43,101 nt of DNA from Campylobacterota bacterium (lineage in GTDB: Bacteria > Campylobacterota > Campylobacteria > Campylobacterales > Sulfurovaceae): contig JAYEOM010000059.1 in the NCBI GenBank assembly GCA_034722955.1, positions 1-43,101 on the forward strand, given 5' to 3'. Of this stretch, positions 40,649 through 43,101 are shown piece by piece. Position 1 is the stretch's first letter. Each line of letters starts with the position of its first letter. Under the pieces are notes generated by a model. That model was not told where the DNA came from. It made no database searches and worked only from the letters and a program-made list of their open reading frames with translations. Made by a program: the position numbers and the translations under genes.

Positions 40649-41800
40649 TTAAATTCTGTTTTTAAAAGCGATTGATTCAAAAACTTCGAGATGTTTTTGG
40701 GCAGAAATCTCCCAAGTAAACTGTTTGACACGCTCTACACCTCTACTGATCAACTCTCTGCAGAGATTATCATCTTCGACCAATAGTTGCATCGCATCTG
40801 CTATAGATCTGGTAGAGAGAGGATCAACAAGCAGTGCAGCATCTCCAGCAACTTCCGGCATAGAGGTTGTATTGGATGTTATGACAGGTGTTTTAGAAGC
40901 AAATCCCTCTATGATCGGCAGACCGAACCCTTCATAGAGTGATGGATATACGATCGCTTTGGCTGACTGCATCAATGTCAAGACCTCATCCTGCGGAAGA
41001 TATGAGAGCCAAATACCATCACCTGATTTGATCATCTCATCTATCTCACTCTTCAGCTCATCCGAACCCCATCCATCCTGACCTACAAGAATAAGCATAG
41101 TCTCTCTTTTGATACTCTCTGGGAGTACTCTATGGGCTTGAATCAAGCGTACAATATTTTTTCTTGGCTGCAGCGTACCAACAAAAAGAAAAAAATCCCT
41201 ATCTATACTATATTCTTGTGTCAGCTCTCGCTTGGACTCAGGTGATCTTCGTATAAAAAACTGCCGATCAACACCCAGAGGAACTACGGAGATATTATCA
41301 CTATCTATATCCAGATACTCTATGATATCTCTTTTGCTCTGTTGGGATATGGTTATGATATGCGTAGCAGACTCTACAGCTTTTTTGAAAGTATAGTTTT
41401 TACTCTTTCTCAGCGTAGGAGATGCCCACTCAGGATGAACAAAAGGGATAATATCCATAACCGTTGCAACAACAGGAGTATTTTTCAAAAAAGGGATATG
41501 ATGATCTGGAGCAAAAAAGAGGTCTATTTTTTTCTCATAAGCTGACATCTCACCCCAAGCTCTGCCAGATAGAGCAGATATAGCACTATGCAGAGGATAA
41601 GAGAGTGGTGCCTGGTCAACCTCTGCCCCCAGCAGATCTTCCATCAATAGCTCCGAGTCACCACTAAAACTCAATGGGCAGAGAGTGTTTGATCCGTTAC
41701 GGAGGGCACTCCACATTGCTATAGTGTAGACACCTATCCCATCATATTTGCCATGTGCAACTCTTTGAGATAGAAAGGTTACACCAAAGCCTAACCGCAA
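40649..41800 (-). CDS. GT4 glycosyltransferase (WbpY/MtfB-like)
   Basis: GTLQPRKN, PSLYEGFGLPIIE, SMPEVAG. Confidence 0.88.
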   Translation of the reverse strand: MRLGFGVTFLSQRVAHGKYDGIGVYTIAMWSALRNGSNTLCPLSFSGDSELLMEDLLGAEVDQAPLSYPLHSAISALSGRAWGEMSAYEKKIDLFFAPDHHIPFLKNTPVVATVMDIIPFVHPEWASPTLRKSKNYTFKKAVESATHIITISQQSKRDIIEYLDIDSDNISVVPLGVDRQFFIRRSPESKRELTQEYSIDRDFFLFVGTLQPRKNIVRLIQAHRVLPESIKRETMLILVGQDGWGSDELKSEIDEMIKSGDGIWLSYLPQDEVLTLMQSAKAIVYPSLYEGFGLPIIEGFASKTPVITSNTTSMPEVAGDAALLVDPLSTRSIADAMQLLVEDDNLCRELISRGVERVKQFTWEISAQKHLEVFESIAFKNRI

Positions 41801-42672
41801 CTGTACTTCTCTCTAAGTGTATCCGCAATAGTATACTGAGGTCGGTACTCTATCAGCTCATCGAGATGCACTGTAGATCCTTTGAGTATATATATCTCAT
41901 TTTCTCTTACAAATGCAGGATTTACAGTCACATTGATCTTGTAGCCTGCTATCTCATTCATATCATCGATGATTTGCATCAGAGGTATAGCTCTTCCTGT
42001 ACAGATATTGACAGTCTCCGATGAGGCATGACAGAGCATAAGCTCTTCATAGATGTGACAAATGTCTCGAACATCATTGAACTCTCTAGCTACATCTAGA
42101 TTGCCCAACTCAATCTCTCTTTTACCCTCTCTGTAGTGACTAGTGATCTTTGGGATAAGAAAACTGCTATCTTGTCCAGATCCCGTGTAGTTAAATGGTC
42201 GCATCAATATAATATCAAGACGATCAAAAAAGTTGGCAGCCATATACTCCATAGCTAGTTTACTGCACCCATAATGGTTTACCGGTTTTGGAGACATCGA
42301 TTCGTCGAGTGTCTCTTTGCCTTGATTTCCATAGATAGTTGCAGAGCTTGCCATGAGTATCTTTTTGGGTTTCACGCCATTGTCAACCAAAGATTGCAAA
42401 AGATTTTCACTCCCGATGACATTGACATCATAGATCATAGATGCATGATTTTGAGTCACATGAGCCAACCCTGCTATATGTATGACATAGTTTGGCTTGA
42501 CACTCTCTACTACTCTATCGATCTGTGCTTTATCTGTAATATCACACATAAAGTACCGCTCATTAGTAGGTATACCAATAACTGTACCATAAACATCATA
42601 TCCATGCTCTTTTAAATGCTTCTCTAGATGTACTCCAGTAAAACCATCGATCCCTGTAATTAATACTCGCAT
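41791..42672 (-). CDS. rmd: Extended SDR, GDP-4-keto-6-deoxymannose reductase (Rmd-like)
   Basis: TGIDGFTG, YGCSK, RPFNYTG, LGNLDVAREF.DVRD. Confidence 0.72.
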   Translation of the reverse strand: MRVLITGIDGFTGVHLEKHLKEHGYDVYGTVIGIPTNERYFMCDITDKAQIDRVVESVKPNYVIHIAGLAHVTQNHASMIYDVNVIGSENLLQSLVDNGVKPKKILMASSATIYGNQGKETLDESMSPKPVNHYGCSKLAMEYMAANFFDRLDIILMRPFNYTGSGQDSSFLIPKITSHYREGKREIELGNLDVAREFNDVRDICHIYEELMLCHASSETVNICTGRAIPLMQIIDDMNEIAGYKINVTVNPAFVRENEIYILKGSTVHLDELIEYRPQYTIADTLREKYSCG

Positions 42673-42823
42673 AGTAACCTTTTCTAAAAATTATTATTCT
42701 CTTTTGATATTATACTTTATTTGCCTTTAGTGACTTCTAACTCAATATGGTGAGAGGATTATCAAAGCCAAAATATAGATATTTATTGATAATATATCAT
42801 CATATAATATAAGGATGTATGAT

Positions 42824-43101
42824 ATGAAAAAGTTATTATTACTAATAGGACTATCTATTTTTGGCTTGGAAGCCCAAAATATACTTGCACTCCAATACAA
42901 AGGAGTCAAGGCAAGCCACGATGATGGCTATGACTCCATACAGAAGATCACTATTGAGAGAGATATAGATCCGCTATGCCTATCTATACCGATCAACAAC
43001 TCTATATTGTGGGAGGATCTATATGCTAGTCGTGAAGTGCCACAAAGATGCAAAGCTACATTTGTGAAGACTCTAGGACAGATACAGCCACTCACACTGC
43101 A
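42824..43101 (+). CDS. Secreted protein, partial (probable N-terminus of a periplasmic rhodanese-domain protein)
   Basis: SD aagga + MKKLLLLIGLSIFGLEA signal peptide, open to the window end; IERDIDP.C..WE..YA..VP..CK..FV pattern recalled from Sulfurovum-type rhodanese proteins. Confidence 0.55.
   Translation, partial: MKKLLLLIGLSIFGLEAQNILALQYKGVKASHDDGYDSIQKITIERDIDPLCLSIPINNSILWEDLYASREVPQRCKATFVKTLGQIQPLTL

Overview
Bacterial chromosome segment from a Campylobacterota (epsilon-proteobacterial) genome, most consistent with a Sulfurovum-like organism. This is inferred from gene order, HQWRQP-type kinases and a split ATP synthase operon. The right half (22-43 kb) is the conserved minus-strand superoperon fmt-birA-parA-parB-atpF'FHAGDC-tolQ/R/A-tolB-pal-cpoB-slyD-fabD. 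It carries extra genes (L,D-transpeptidase, KefC-like antiporter), and an rmd + 2 GT4 sugar cluster lies upstream. The left half has a signalling cluster (REC-PAS-GGDEF-EAL, a sensor kinase, a PAS-roadblock-sixA operon, a GAF hybrid kinase), an orphan Tat-lipoprotein DctP, hemB, pxpABC and DJ-1. An accessory zone (~15.5-22 kb) holds REP-like palindromes, an IS1595 remnant plus its 83-bp MITE, a TA-flanked 295-bp MITE, a duplicated promoter/5' end of a signal-peptide-bearing adenosine deaminase, and two PilJ/NarX-like periplasmic proteins. Several features are missed or mis-called by the ORF track: a sixA whose full frame can only start at ATC, a 32-aa kinase-tail relic overlapping the GGDEF-EAL start, and a candidate anti-SD-loop sRNA after slyD. 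No rRNA, tRNA or CRISPR array was seen. The best candidates for an undescribed system are the PAS-roadblock-SixA module and the deaminase/OMP/PilJ island; both are inferences that need database checks.
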